64,000 bases of DNA from an uncultured bacterium (GCA_963768305.1 CAVYHE010000007.1:2115-66114); one strand, 5' to 3'. Shown: positions 41,260 to 51,257, counted from the first letter of the stretch. Notes: generated by a model not told the origin, from the sequence alone. Numbers and translations are program-made.

Positions 41260-43248
41260 GCGAATTTAATCAAAGAATGACGCCTGAAGACGCGCTGAAA
41301 ATAGCGAACGAGAAGCCCAATCGCGGCAGGCTCAAGATATTCATCGGCTATTCTCCCGGTGTCGGCAAGACTTTTGCAATGCTCAATGAAGGCAACCGCC
41401 GTCTTAAGAGAGGCGAAGATATCGTGATCGGATATCTGGAGCCGCACGGAAGGGCTGATACGGACAATCAGGTTGGCGAGCTTCCCGTCATCCCACGAAA
41501 AAAGATCAAATATTCCGATAAGGTTTTTGACGAAATGGACACCGAAGCGATCATCAAAAGGCATCCCACGGTCGCGCTCATCGACGAAATAGCCCATACG
41601 AACGTCCCCGGCTCCAAATACAACAAACGGTACGAGGACATAAACGAGATCCTGGATGCGGGAATCAATGTCATTACCACTCTTAATGTCCAGCATCTGG
41701 AAAGCCTGAATGACATGATAAAGCAGATCACCGGCGTGGTGGTAAGGGAAACGATACCCGACAGCATGGTGACCCAGGCCGATGAGGTGGTCGCGGTGGA
41801 TATCACCGTGGAAGCGCTGCTGAACCGGTTGAAGCGCGGCGACGTTTACAAAAAGGAGAAGATCGATTCCGCGCTCCGCAATTTCTTCCGCGAAGGGAAC
41901 CTGAACGCGCTGAGGGAAATAACCCTGCGGCAGATCGCGCATGGAAGTGGATGAAGAGCTGGAGACATACATGAAAGCGCACGGCATGGAAGAGTCGTGG
42001 CAGACGGTGGAGCGCATAATGGTCTGCATAAGCTCAAGCCCCACCGCGAAAAAACTTATCAGGAGAGGAGCTCTAATCGCGAAACGTTACAGGTGCGAAT
42101 GGTTCGTGGTTGCGGTGGAGAACAGCGCGGTCCTTGCCGCCAAATGGGAGCAGAGAGACAAGGAAGAGCTTGAGAGCAGCTTCAAGCTGGCGGAACAGCT
42201 TGGCGCGAAAACTGTCACTCTTGTCGGGACCGATATTGCCGCGGAGCTTGAAAAGTTCGCAAAGGACAGGCACATAACGCAGATAGTCATCGGCCATTCC
42301 GGAAGGTCGCTCATTCAACAAATTTTCATCGGATCCACAACAAGCAGATTGATAAGGGAGACCAGGAACATCGCGATCCATGTCATCCCGATAAATGAAT
42401 ATGAAACGGCTGAAATGGGCATTACTAAAAGAATTTTCGGAGCAAGCCTTGAAACGGGAGTGAATGATTACTGGATAGTTGCGCTGACTATTACAGGGGT
42501 CACGATGGCAAGTAAACTTTTGCTGCCATTATTGGGATACCAGGCTGTCGGATTCATTTATCTGCTTGCCGTATTGATACTTAGCATGTTCATTTCGGTC
42601 ATGCCGAACATGATCTTCGCTTTTTTAAGCGTTCTTGCTTGGGATTTTCTTTTCATCCCTCCGTTCTATACTTTCTCCATAGCCAAAAAAGAGGATGTTA
42701 TCATGTGCGCCGCCTACATTTTCACGGCAATAATAACAAGCTATCTTACCAGCAAGATAAGAAGGGACGAGCGCCTGCTTGCCCTAAGGGAGAACCGTTC
42801 TGAAGCGATGTATAAGATAGTGTCGGTGATCGCCGGCGCGGGCGACAGATATCAATGCATCAATGATATCCAGAGGGAAGTTGAGGTTATGCTCGGGGGA
42901 AAGTGCCGCGCTATCGTAAAGAACGATATTGTAAGGTATGAGGACATTCTCCGCCTGGCGATCCCGAATGATGAGAAAGAGCTTTCCGTGGCGATGCTGG
43001 TGTATGAAAAAGGCCAGCCTGCCGGATGGTCCACTGAAACATTGTCATTCGCAAAAGCGATCTATATCCCTTTAAAAGGAAAAGCGGAGATCGTCGGCGT
43101 CATATCCTTTGAAAGGGATGACAGGAAACAGCTTTCAGGCGATGAAATGACGCTGCTCCAAACAGTTTCGGATCAGCTGGCGGTCTATCTGGAAAGAGAA
43201 CTTTTGCGGGAACGAGCGGCCGAAGCTATTTCACGTATACAGGGATAA
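41256..43248 (+). pseudogene. kdpD: KdpD-like sensor (KdpD-N, USP, TM and GAF-like regions) without a kinase module, one frameshift near 41940
   Basis: GRLKIFIGYSPGVGKTFAML is the KdpD N-terminal P-loop. ORFs 41256..41954 and 41941..43248 overlap in different frames. The protein ends right after the GAF-like region, with no H-box and no HATPase. Confidence 0.8.
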
Positions 43249-45215
43249 TGAACAGCGGTATTCCCTGATGGTAAAGCTTTTGCTGCATGGAAAACAGCGT
43301 GTAGTTGTGCAGCCACCTGGAGAAAAGGTTGTCGTCCTGAAAAACTATCTGCCCGCCGAAGAAATTGGAGTGCGGATATTTTTCCAGTATCTTCGGGACG
43401 ACGTTTGAAAATTCTTCCAGCGTGTCTATCCCCGTCACGCATATCCCTTCCGCGTTATAGCCGTTTCCTCTTAAAAGCTCGATGAATTTATCCACCTCGC
43501 ATTTTATCTTCTTTTCCACAGCCGGGACCTCGTCAAGCTGTCCGGCAGTCACCAAGTCCTATCTGGAGGAAAACAAAATTCCTGTAAATGCCCTTGAACG
43601 AATTGAGCACGGTGGAAACAGTGGTTATTCCCATGCTGGTAAAATCCTTCACTAATATGACGGCGGTAAGATCATTGGGATCGAAAGGCTTTTTATCCTT
43701 TAATTTCGGAAGATAATGCTCAGATGGTACCAGATGATGGACAACTTCGTCGTCCAGCTTCCTGATCTGGTTGTTCGTTACGCTCATAATTGCGTTTTAC
43801 CGTCACCGCCAGCGTAATAAGTATACCCGTGATGAACAATGTGATCCAGCCGCCTTCATGGAATTTAATGACCACCACTGAAATAAGGATGAACGTGGTC
43901 ATGATAAGGCCGGTCCCATTTATCAATATCTTTCCGATCCAACGCCTTTCCTTTGCCCTTTCAACCCACCAGTGCCTGACCATGCCCAAGCTGAGAGAGG
44001 AAAAATGTCAGGAAAACGTTGATGCTGTATAGGACGACCAGGAATCCTACGGAGCCGCGGCTGAATATCATAAGAAAGAACGAGGAAATTCCCATTATCA
44101 TTATCCCGTTCTGGGTGACAAGGCGGTCGCTGAGTATGGAAAATCTTTTCGGCATCCATCTGTCATTGGCCATGTTCGCAAGCACGCGCGGGCCGTCTAT
44201 GAACCCCGTTTGCGCCGCGACAAAAAGGAGAAGACGCTTCGGAAAGAAGCGTGATCGTCACAATGGTATAGCTCATGGTCCAACCTTTCGTCATATTTTC
44301 GAACAGGACAGCGTTCATTGTCTTGCCCAGAGTCGGTTCAACTTTGAAGAAAACATAAGAGAACATTATGCCGATGACCATAAAGGCAAGGGAGCTGGCC
44401 ATGTAAAGCATTGTTTTTTTTGCCGTTGCCGCTCTCGGCTCCCTTAATATCACCACGCCGTTGCTGACGGCTTCAATTCCGGTATATGTACCGGCTCCCA
44501 TGCTGTACGCGCGGAGCAGTATGAATATCGTTCCCAAAATTCCAAGCGCCGACCTGGACGTATGGATATCCGCCGCGGTAGATGAAGCAAGCTGTGAGAA
44601 ATTTGATAAATGAAGCCCGAACGAATACAGGATCAAGACCACGTGCGTTACCATGAACAGGAGGAATATCGGCATGAGCACCATAACCGATTCCTTTACG
44701 CCGCGCATATTGAGCAGTATCAAGATAAATATCACAAAGACGGCGAATAATACTTTGTATCCGTACCATCCCGCCGGAAGGAAGCTGAAAACAGCGTCAG
44801 CGCCGCTGGCAATAGATACGGTGATTGTCAGGACATAGTCGATAAGCAGCGCACAGCCCGAGACCATTCCGATGGAAGGAGAAAGCAGCCTGCTCGCCAC
44901 CATATATCCGCCGCCGCCGTGTGGAAAAAGCTCCACTATCTGGGAATAGCTGGCGCTGATCACAAATACTGTTATCGCCGACGCGATCGCAACAAGAAGG
45001 CCAAGATATATATGCCCTTTCAGCGCGATAAAAGCTTCCTGAGGTCCGTAAGATGATGACGACAGTCCGTCGGCTCCGAGGCCCACCCACGCGAAGAACG
45101 CTATAAGCGACATTCTGCGCAACAAAGTTGAATCGTGCAGGTCTTGCGGCTTGCCGATGAACAATCTTCTTATGCGGTCAAATATATTATCGTTCTTTTG
45201 CTGCGAATTATTCAT
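43226..45215 (-). pseudogene. APC-superfamily permease with large cytoplasmic C-terminal domain (possibly KimA-type K+ transporter), at least 4 frame changes
   Basis: The N-terminal 350 aa are intact (IRRLFIGKPQDL...LSSSSYGPQE...GGGGYMVA...LLIDYVLTITVSIASG). The fragments 43961..44185, 43720..43989, 43533..43787 and 43226..43555 continue it. The KimA resemblance is from memory only. Confidence 0.6.
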
Positions 45216-45233
45216 TAAAAAGAAAAAAGTTTA

Positions 45234-45746
45234 TTATTTTCCGTATAATACTTTCAACTGCTCCACGGTCGGATGGGAATTATAATATTCTCCCTGAGGC
45301 CCGACATATCCGTTATCTTGTTTCACAAGCTTAACCGCCGTGAAGGTTCCGTCTGAATTCGGGATGTTCACGATAAAACTTGGGACTTGCGACTGAACAA
45401 CGACAGGCGCTGCGGCCGCCGGCGGTTCCACGACCATATATCCCGGAGGATATGGCTCATAATAAACATTGTCGCAATAATAGTATCTGGTGCTGCCGAC
45501 ATATACTGCCGCATATCCGGGAGGAAGAACATCCACATAACCTCCGACCGGCGGGACATTCACCACAAAATTTATCCCGAACCAACCGGGATGATACCAA
45601 TGGCCGCTATGAAAAAAATATCTTCCTGCCGGCCTTCCCCCTCCTCTTCCAAAATCCCTCGCAAAGACTCCAGCGGAAGAAACGAACAAGATCGAAATGA
45701 TAATGATAACAATGACAGCCCTGCTGTTAAATTTGAATGTTTTCAA
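45234..45746 (-). CDS. exported Pro/Tyr/Gly-rich protein, function unknown
   Basis: 170 aa. It has a signal peptide, and contains GRGGGRPAGRYFFHSGHWYHPGW and TRYYYCDNVYYEPYPPGY. Confidence 0.6.
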   Translation of the reverse strand: MKTFKFNSRAVIVIIIISILFVSSAGVFARDFGRGGGRPAGRYFFHSGHWYHPGWFGINFVVNVPPVGGYVDVLPPGYAAVYVGSTRYYYCDNVYYEPYPPGYMVVEPPAAAAPVVVQSQVPSFIVNIPNSDGTFTAVKLVKQDNGYVGPQGEYYNSHPTVEQLKVLYGK

Positions 45747-45876
45747 ATATATCCTCCTCCTTTATTTCGCAACAGCCGATATATTACTCTTTTATTTATT
45801 TTACTGCAATAGACTGGCCGGTAAACGCATTGACCAGTCAATTTACTTTACATATATTATTAACTATAATCCTTAC

Positions 45877-47226
45877 ATGAACAAATTGGGCATCGGATAT
45901 GAAATGAATCTTTCGCAAACGCTGGAGCTGATGCTATCTCCCCGCATGATCCAGATGCTGAAGATGCTTAACCTTCCCTACATCGAACTAGTTGAAGAAA
46001 TGAATAAAGAGACCGAAGAGAACGTGATGCTGGAAATGGAGAGGCCGGACCGGCTTCTGGAATATCTGAAACACATAAGTTCCGAAAAGATCCCGAAAAA
46101 AGAAATAGCGTCCGAAGATCTTCCCGGCATAGAAGCCATCGGGGACAAGCCCGAAACCCTTGAAAATCATCTTTTGAGGCAGCTGGAGCTTGAAGATATC
46201 GGCAAAAAAAAGGAAAAGATAGCGGAGCTGCTGATCAGCAGCATTGACGACAGAGGTTATATCCCTAATTACGCGGAAGCGAGCGGATCGATAAAAAAAG
46301 AATTGCACGCGACCCAGAAGGACATAGACACCATGCTGGAGCTGATCCAGGAATTCGATCCCGACGGCGTCGGCGCGAGGAGCGTGAAAGAATGCCTCCT
46401 TATCCAGGTTAGGGAGATGAATTTTGAAAGCGAAGAGCTGGAAGAACTTTTGACAAAAGCGATAGAAGATCACCTGGATGACCTGGCAAAAAAGGATTTT
46501 GATAAGATAGCAAAAGCCTTGAAGATAGAAAAGAGCGGCGCCGAGAAGCTTGCGGATTTCATAAGGAACAATCTTGACCCGGCTCCCGGTTCCATTTATG
46601 CGGAAAAAACCGCTTGCGTTATCCCTTCTTTTTCTATAAAAAAAGAAAATGACGGCTTAAAGGCCGTTAATCTTGAAAGATCGTACGGCCCGCTTCTTAA
46701 GATCAGCCCCGTGTACGAAAAAATGCTGAAAGACCCGAAAACCGACGCGAAAAGCATGGAATTCCTGAAAGAAAAATTGGAGGCCGCGAAGGATTTTCTG
46801 GAAAATATCGCCAAGCGCCATGAAACCATAGAAAAAATAATCGCCCTGATAATCAAAAGCCAGGCTCAATATCTTGATGGCGGAGAACTTAAGCTTAACC
46901 CGCTTATGCAGAAGGACATAGCACATGAACTTGGCCTCCATCCGTCCACTATTTCAAGGGCGATATCGAACAAGTATGTCCAAACACCCCGCGGAATAAT
47001 ACTCTTGAAGGTCCTCTGCCCCAGGGAAGTAAAGGGAAGCACCAAAGAAAAGATATTGAAGATGATAGAATCGATAATTGATTCAGAGGATAAAAATAAG
47101 CCGTTCACGGACGATCAAATAGTCGAAAAACTTAAGAGCGAAGGCATGGTGCTGGAAAGAAGGACCGTCTCATCGCACAGGCAAAAATTGGGCATTGAAA
47201 TTTCTTCAAAAAGAGTGAAATTTTAG
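45877..47226 (+). CDS. rpoN: RNA polymerase sigma-54 factor
   Basis: MNLSQTLELMLSPRMIQMLKML is region I. The C-terminal part has HPSTISRAISNKYVQTPRG (RpoN box region). The start is either ATG 45877 (6 nt after TATAAT at 45865-45870) or ATG 45904. The track start at 45697 overlaps the neighbouring gene. Confidence 0.9.
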   Translation: MNKLGIGYEMNLSQTLELMLSPRMIQMLKMLNLPYIELVEEMNKETEENVMLEMERPDRLLEYLKHISSEKIPKKEIASEDLPGIEAIGDKPETLENHLLRQLELEDIGKKKEKIAELLISSIDDRGYIPNYAEASGSIKKELHATQKDIDTMLELIQEFDPDGVGARSVKECLLIQVREMNFESEELEELLTKAIEDHLDDLAKKDFDKIAKALKIEKSGAEKLADFIRNNLDPAPGSIYAEKTACVIPSFSIKKENDGLKAVNLERSYGPLLKISPVYEKMLKDPKTDAKSMEFLKEKLEAAKDFLENIAKRHETIEKIIALIIKSQAQYLDGGELKLNPLMQKDIAHELGLHPSTISRAISNKYVQTPRGIILLKVLCPREVKGSTKEKILKMIESIIDSEDKNKPFTDDQIVEKLKSEGMVLERRTVSSHRQKLGIEISSKRVKF

Positions 47227-47296
47227 GCGGAATATGTCGATAATAAAGCGTTAAAACACCCAGGGGAGAGGGACGTTTTGGCTGGAACGGAGCAAT

Positions 47297-48730
47297 ATGA
47301 CTGACGGCAAAGCGGATATCCTGATCGCTGAAGATGAAAAAAACATAAGAGAAGTGCTCTCACTCGCTTTCTCTGGCAAACATAACCTCTTTTTTGCCTC
47401 CGACGGAAAAAAAGCACTTGAAATATTATCCGGCAGGAACATAGATCTTGCACTTCTGGACATACGCCTTCCTGAAGTGAACGGAATGGCCGTCCTGAAG
47501 CAGATGAAGGACATGGACATTTCCATACCCGTTATAATGCTAACTGCCGTAAAGACAGTTGACTCCGCCGTATCCGCCATGAAACTCGGGGCCTTCGATT
47601 ACGTTGTCAAGCCTTTTGACCTCCATGACCTTACCGCGCTCATCGAAAAAGCCCTGGAAAAAAGGGAGCTGGAGCGCGAGAACGCTTTCCTGAAAAATGA
47701 GATTGAAAAGACAGGGCATTTTGAAAAGATCGTCGGCAGAAGCGAGAAAATGAAAGAAATATTCCGGCTTATCAAGAACGTGGCGAACGGCGATGCTACG
47801 GTATTGATCACAGGCGAATCAGGGACCGGGAAGGAACTTGTCGCGCGCGCGATACACAATTTAAGCCAAAGGGCAAAAAAACTTTTCGTTCCCGTCAATT
47901 GCGCGGCGATCCCGGAAAATCTCCTTGAATCGGAACTTTTTGGATATGAAAAAGGCGCTTTCACGGGAGCGTTCGAGCGGCATCTTGGAAAATTCGAACT
48001 TGCCGACGGCGGCACCATATTTCTGGACGAGATAAGCGCGATGCCTCTTGCAATGCAGGCAAAGCTCCTTCGTGTCCTGCAGGAAAGGATGATCGACAGG
48101 GTCGGCGGGTCCAATCAGATCGTTATTAACGTAAGGGTCATCTCGGCTACCAACTTGGACCTGAAGAACGAAGTGGAAAATAAAAAATTCAGGAGCGATC
48201 TTTTTTACAGGTTGAACGTGATCCCCATCAATATCCCGGCCCTGCGGGAGCGCGCAGACGATGTTCCTCTTCTTATCAATTATTTTCTGGACAAATTCAA
48301 TAAAGAATTCGGCAAGAAAATAAAAGGGTTCGATAAAGATGCCATGAAAGTGCTCATGTCCTATGCCTGGCCGGGCAATGTTAGAGAGCTGGAGAACCTG
48401 ATCGAGCGCCTTGTGGTCCTGAGCACCAGGGACATCATCACAAAGGAAAAGCTTCCGCAGGAAATAAGCAAAAAAATGATCGATGAACACGCGAAATTAT
48501 TTGAAATGGACTTCATAAAGCAGGCGATGAAAAGATCCAACCTTAACGACCGCCAGCTCAAAGCGATAGAGCTGGTCAAAGACCAGGGGAAACTCACGAA
48601 ACAATCGTACATCAAGTACACGAAAGCCCCGAAAACCACCGCATTCAGAGATCTGAATTCCCTCGTAAAGCTCCACATCCTGTCCCAAAAAGGTATTGGG
48701 AAAAATTCTTTCTACACTTTCTCCGATTGA
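47297..48730 (+). CDS. sigma54-dependent response regulator (REC plus intact AAA+) with a non-Fis winged-helix-like C-terminus
   Basis: Motifs seen: GESGTGKE, ESELFGYEKGAFTGA, IFLDEI, WPGNVRELEN. The C-terminus is LNDRQLKAIELVKDQGKLTKQSYIKYTKAPKTTAFRDLNSLVKLHILSQKGIGKNSFY. Confidence 0.9.
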   Translation: MTDGKADILIAEDEKNIREVLSLAFSGKHNLFFASDGKKALEILSGRNIDLALLDIRLPEVNGMAVLKQMKDMDISIPVIMLTAVKTVDSAVSAMKLGAFDYVVKPFDLHDLTALIEKALEKRELERENAFLKNEIEKTGHFEKIVGRSEKMKEIFRLIKNVANGDATVLITGESGTGKELVARAIHNLSQRAKKLFVPVNCAAIPENLLESELFGYEKGAFTGAFERHLGKFELADGGTIFLDEISAMPLAMQAKLLRVLQERMIDRVGGSNQIVINVRVISATNLDLKNEVENKKFRSDLFYRLNVIPINIPALRERADDVPLLINYFLDKFNKEFGKKIKGFDKDAMKVLMSYAWPGNVRELENLIERLVVLSTRDIITKEKLPQEISKKMIDEHAKLFEMDFIKQAMKRSNLNDRQLKAIELVKDQGKLTKQSYIKYTKAPKTTAFRDLNSLVKLHILSQKGIGKNSFYTFSD

Positions 48731-48736
48731 CTTGAA

Positions 48737-48778
48737 TGCGGTCCACTCGGACCGCAAATGAACCGCAAACGGACCGCA
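48737..48778 (+). promoter_or_regulatory. palindromic enhancer (UAS) candidate
   Basis: TGCGGTCC-ACTC-GGACCGCA (48737-48756) is a perfect 8+8 palindrome. Half-sites GAACCGCA (48760-48767) and GGACCGCA (48771-48778) follow. The centre lies about 80 nt upstream of the -24/-12 element. Confidence 0.65.
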
Positions 48779-48823
48779 ATATCTTTCTTCTCGTATTTTG
48801 ACGCTCATTTTTCGGACTTTATA

Positions 48824-48839
48824 CGGCATGAAAATTGCT
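48824..48839 (+). promoter_or_regulatory. sigma54 (-24/-12) promoter
   Basis: CGGCATG-AAAA-TTGCT compares with the consensus TGGCACG-N4-TTGCW. GG is at 48825-26 and GC at 48837-38, with exact 12-nt phasing. It lies about 55 nt before ATG 48893. Confidence 0.7.
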
Positions 48840-48892
48840 ATTATAATGATATAATGACCGCAGGTCGGTTCGGAAAAAAAGGAGTGATCTTT

Positions 48893-49288
48893 ATGGCAGG
48901 GCTTGATCAGGAAAAAGTAAAAAATGAGAAAGAGATGGATCCGCGCTTCCTCTCCATTGTGCTCGGCAAGACCGTTCAAAAACAGAAGCTGGATGAAAAA
49001 GACAGGTCAAAACTGGAATTATTCGAACGCGGGCTCGCGAATGAGCTGGCAACCTCCGATACCATAGACAAGTCGGTGGAAAAGATGGTGAAAATGGCGC
49101 TCGTCTGTGAATTCGGTGCGGAGCTTATCATGAAACCAGGCGCTCAGAAGATGATATCCGTCATAAGCCGAGGCATACTTTCTGACAGGGAGCTAAGGAG
49201 ATCGGCGCTGATAATAGCGGACAGGTTCTCTTCCGCTGAAAAGCCGAAAGTTGTCTACGTGAGAGGGAAGACAAAGATAAATGGCTGA
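48893..49288 (+). CDS. hypothetical 131-aa protein, first gene of the sigma54-driven unit
   Basis: The ATG at 48893 is preceded by GGAG at 48881-48884 and is in frame with track ORF 48758..49288. I do not recognise the family. Confidence 0.6.
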   Translation: MAGLDQEKVKNEKEMDPRFLSIVLGKTVQKQKLDEKDRSKLELFERGLANELATSDTIDKSVEKMVKMALVCEFGAELIMKPGAQKMISVISRGILSDRELRRSALIIADRFSSAEKPKVVYVRGKTKING

Positions 49289-50585
49289 GATTAAACCGGT
49301 AATATTAGTAGTGGACGATGAATCAAGCATAAGGGAATCGTTCTCTCTTATCCTCGATAAAGAATTCAGGGTCATCACCGCCGCCACAGGAGAGACCGCG
49401 CTTAAACGCATAATCGATGAAAAGATAGACCTGGTATACCTGGACGTCAGGATGCCGGGAATGAACGGCATAGAGACGCTTAAAAAAATAAAAGAGATAG
49501 ATAAGAACATCGAGGTTATCCTTGTTACAGCCGTGAACGACGTCGGCAGCGCCGCATCCGCGGTAAAACTGGGCGCAAAAGATTATTTGATAAAGCCTTT
49601 CAATGTCCAGGACATACTCAACATGACCAGAAGTTTTGTCATAAAGGCACAGACCCGCGCGATAAGGCCGCCCGACGCGGAAGAGCTTATCGGCAACAGC
49701 AGGCAAATGCTCCAGATAAAAAAGACAGTTTCGCAGTCCCTTCAGACGGATCTGAACATCCTTATAACCGGCGAAAAAGGGCTGGAAGCCGAGCAGATAG
49801 CGAGGATAATAAGCGGCGAGTCCGAAAAAAAACTTGTAATATTGAACGCGTCGGAGGACATAAGGAGCTCCATTATTTTCGGGCGCGAAAAAGGAACTTT
49901 CGCTTCGGAGTTCGGGAAAGTTCCCGGCATGCTGGAAAAAGCCGAAGGCGGGATCCTTTTCATAAAGAACATAGAGCTGCTTCCAAAGAACATCCAGGAA
50001 AGGCTGGGCCAGGCGATCTTAAAAAAGGAATTCTCGCGCGACGGCTCTCCGGCAATGATCCCGATGGACGTAAGGTTCATAGCTGAGACATCCGTAAGCC
50101 TGGCGGCGCTCATGCAGGGCGGTGATTTGGACAAAACACTCTTTGATGCAGTTTCCGCTTTGGTCATAGAGCTTCCTCCGCTTAAAACGAGGGAAAGCGA
50201 TCTTCCCATACTGATAGAACATTATTTTGAAAAATTCATGAACAAATACGATAGAAAAATAAAGATATCTCCACGGTCCATAGATATCCTGGTCGCCTGC
50301 CCCTGGCCCGGAAATCTCGCCCAACTATCCAATACGATAGAATCGATCGTCCTCTCGCTTGATAAGGCGGAGCTGGAGCCCGAAGACCTGCCGCTGGATG
50401 TGCTTATTAAAAGTCCGGTGGGCGGCAGGCCGTTCACTTCGTTCGAGTCGATCGAAGAAAGTTTTGAAAGAGCCCATATCCTTAAAATATATATGAAAGC
50501 TGGAGAGAACAAAGGAAAGGCAGCCGCGATGCTGGGCATACAGGAAAAAAATCTGGAAGCAAAGCTGGGATCTTCCGCCCGCTGA
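49281..50585 (+). CDS. REC plus degenerate AAA+ plus Fis-HTH regulator (bEBP-like, catalytic motifs lost)
   Basis: Walker A position reads GEKGLEAE, the GAFTGA position reads GTFASE, and the Walker B position reads ILFIKNIE. The Fis-type HTH is retained (ENKGKAAAMLGIQEKNLEAKL). Confidence 0.8.
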   Translation: MAEIKPVILVVDDESSIRESFSLILDKEFRVITAATGETALKRIIDEKIDLVYLDVRMPGMNGIETLKKIKEIDKNIEVILVTAVNDVGSAASAVKLGAKDYLIKPFNVQDILNMTRSFVIKAQTRAIRPPDAEELIGNSRQMLQIKKTVSQSLQTDLNILITGEKGLEAEQIARIISGESEKKLVILNASEDIRSSIIFGREKGTFASEFGKVPGMLEKAEGGILFIKNIELLPKNIQERLGQAILKKEFSRDGSPAMIPMDVRFIAETSVSLAALMQGGDLDKTLFDAVSALVIELPPLKTRESDLPILIEHYFEKFMNKYDRKIKISPRSIDILVACPWPGNLAQLSNTIESIVLSLDKAELEPEDLPLDVLIKSPVGGRPFTSFESIEESFERAHILKIYMKAGENKGKAAAMLGIQEKNLEAKLGSSAR

Positions 50586-51241
50586 TGTCCTCAAAGCCCA
50601 TTCCCATAGACCTTATGATATTCGATTTTGACGGAACACTCACAGATTCGATCCCTCCTGCCGTAGAAGCTATCCAGAAAATGCTCAGAGCGCTGAAACT
50701 TCCGTATAAAACAAATGAAGAGATCAATGAACATGTCGGATTCGGTGAAATTTCGCTGATCGCCGGGGTGATAGGAACAAAAGAGCCTAAGCTTTTTAAA
50801 AAAGCGATGAAAATGTATGAAAGCATTTATATGAAAGAAGGCCTGAAGAAAGTCCTTCCCTATCCGCACATAAGGGAAATGCTTGAATACTTCAAGGATA
50901 AAACAAAAATAATACTTTCGAACAAAAAAGATCTTTTCATCAAAAAGATCCTTGAAAGCCTTGGACTAAAGAGTTATTTCAAAGAGATCTGCGGCGGCGA
51001 CACCCTCCCCTGTCTTAAGCCCGATCCCGGTGCGATAAATGAGATGATAAAAAGATACAAAGTTGATCGCGGCCGCGTCCTTTTCGTAGGTGACATGACC
51101 GTGGACGTCATGGCGGGAAAGAACGCGGGCATCCGCACTTGCGCAGTGACTTACGGGTTCGAAAGCAGGGAAAAGCTTATGAAATTTGATCCTGATCTTT
51201 TGATAGATGATCCGCTGAAATTAAAATCGCTGATAGTTTGA
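50585..51241 (+). CDS. HAD-superfamily phosphatase (phosphoglycolate phosphatase-like)
   Basis: Motifs seen: DFDGTLTDS, and VGDMTVDVMAGKNAG. Confidence 0.85.
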   Translation: MSSKPIPIDLMIFDFDGTLTDSIPPAVEAIQKMLRALKLPYKTNEEINEHVGFGEISLIAGVIGTKEPKLFKKAMKMYESIYMKEGLKKVLPYPHIREMLEYFKDKTKIILSNKKDLFIKKILESLGLKSYFKEICGGDTLPCLKPDPGAINEMIKRYKVDRGRVLFVGDMTVDVMAGKNAGIRTCAVTYGFESREKLMKFDPDLLIDDPLKLKSLIV

Positions 51242-51257
51242 TCCCTCCGGAGCCTGC

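Noticed and set aside
45830-45841. Inverted repeat TTGAC-CA-GTCAA in the divergent region before rpoN, as an operator or -35 box.
   Set aside because: It is only 5+5 bp. Its spacing to the nearest -10 boxes does not fit a promoter on either strand. It is too weak to call.
45697-45876. Long N-terminal extension of the rpoN ORF (MIMITMTALLLNLNVFKY...).
   Set aside because: It overlaps the 5' end of the divergent gene 45234-45746 and the promoter region. The sigma54 region I homology begins only at MNLSQTLEL.
47279-47294. sigma54-like TGGCTGGAACGGAGCA just upstream of the first bEBP gene.
   Set aside because: Only GC is present in the -12 half, with no TTGC. The element ends 2 nt before the ATG and contains the gene's GGAG RBS, leaving no room for a transcript leader.
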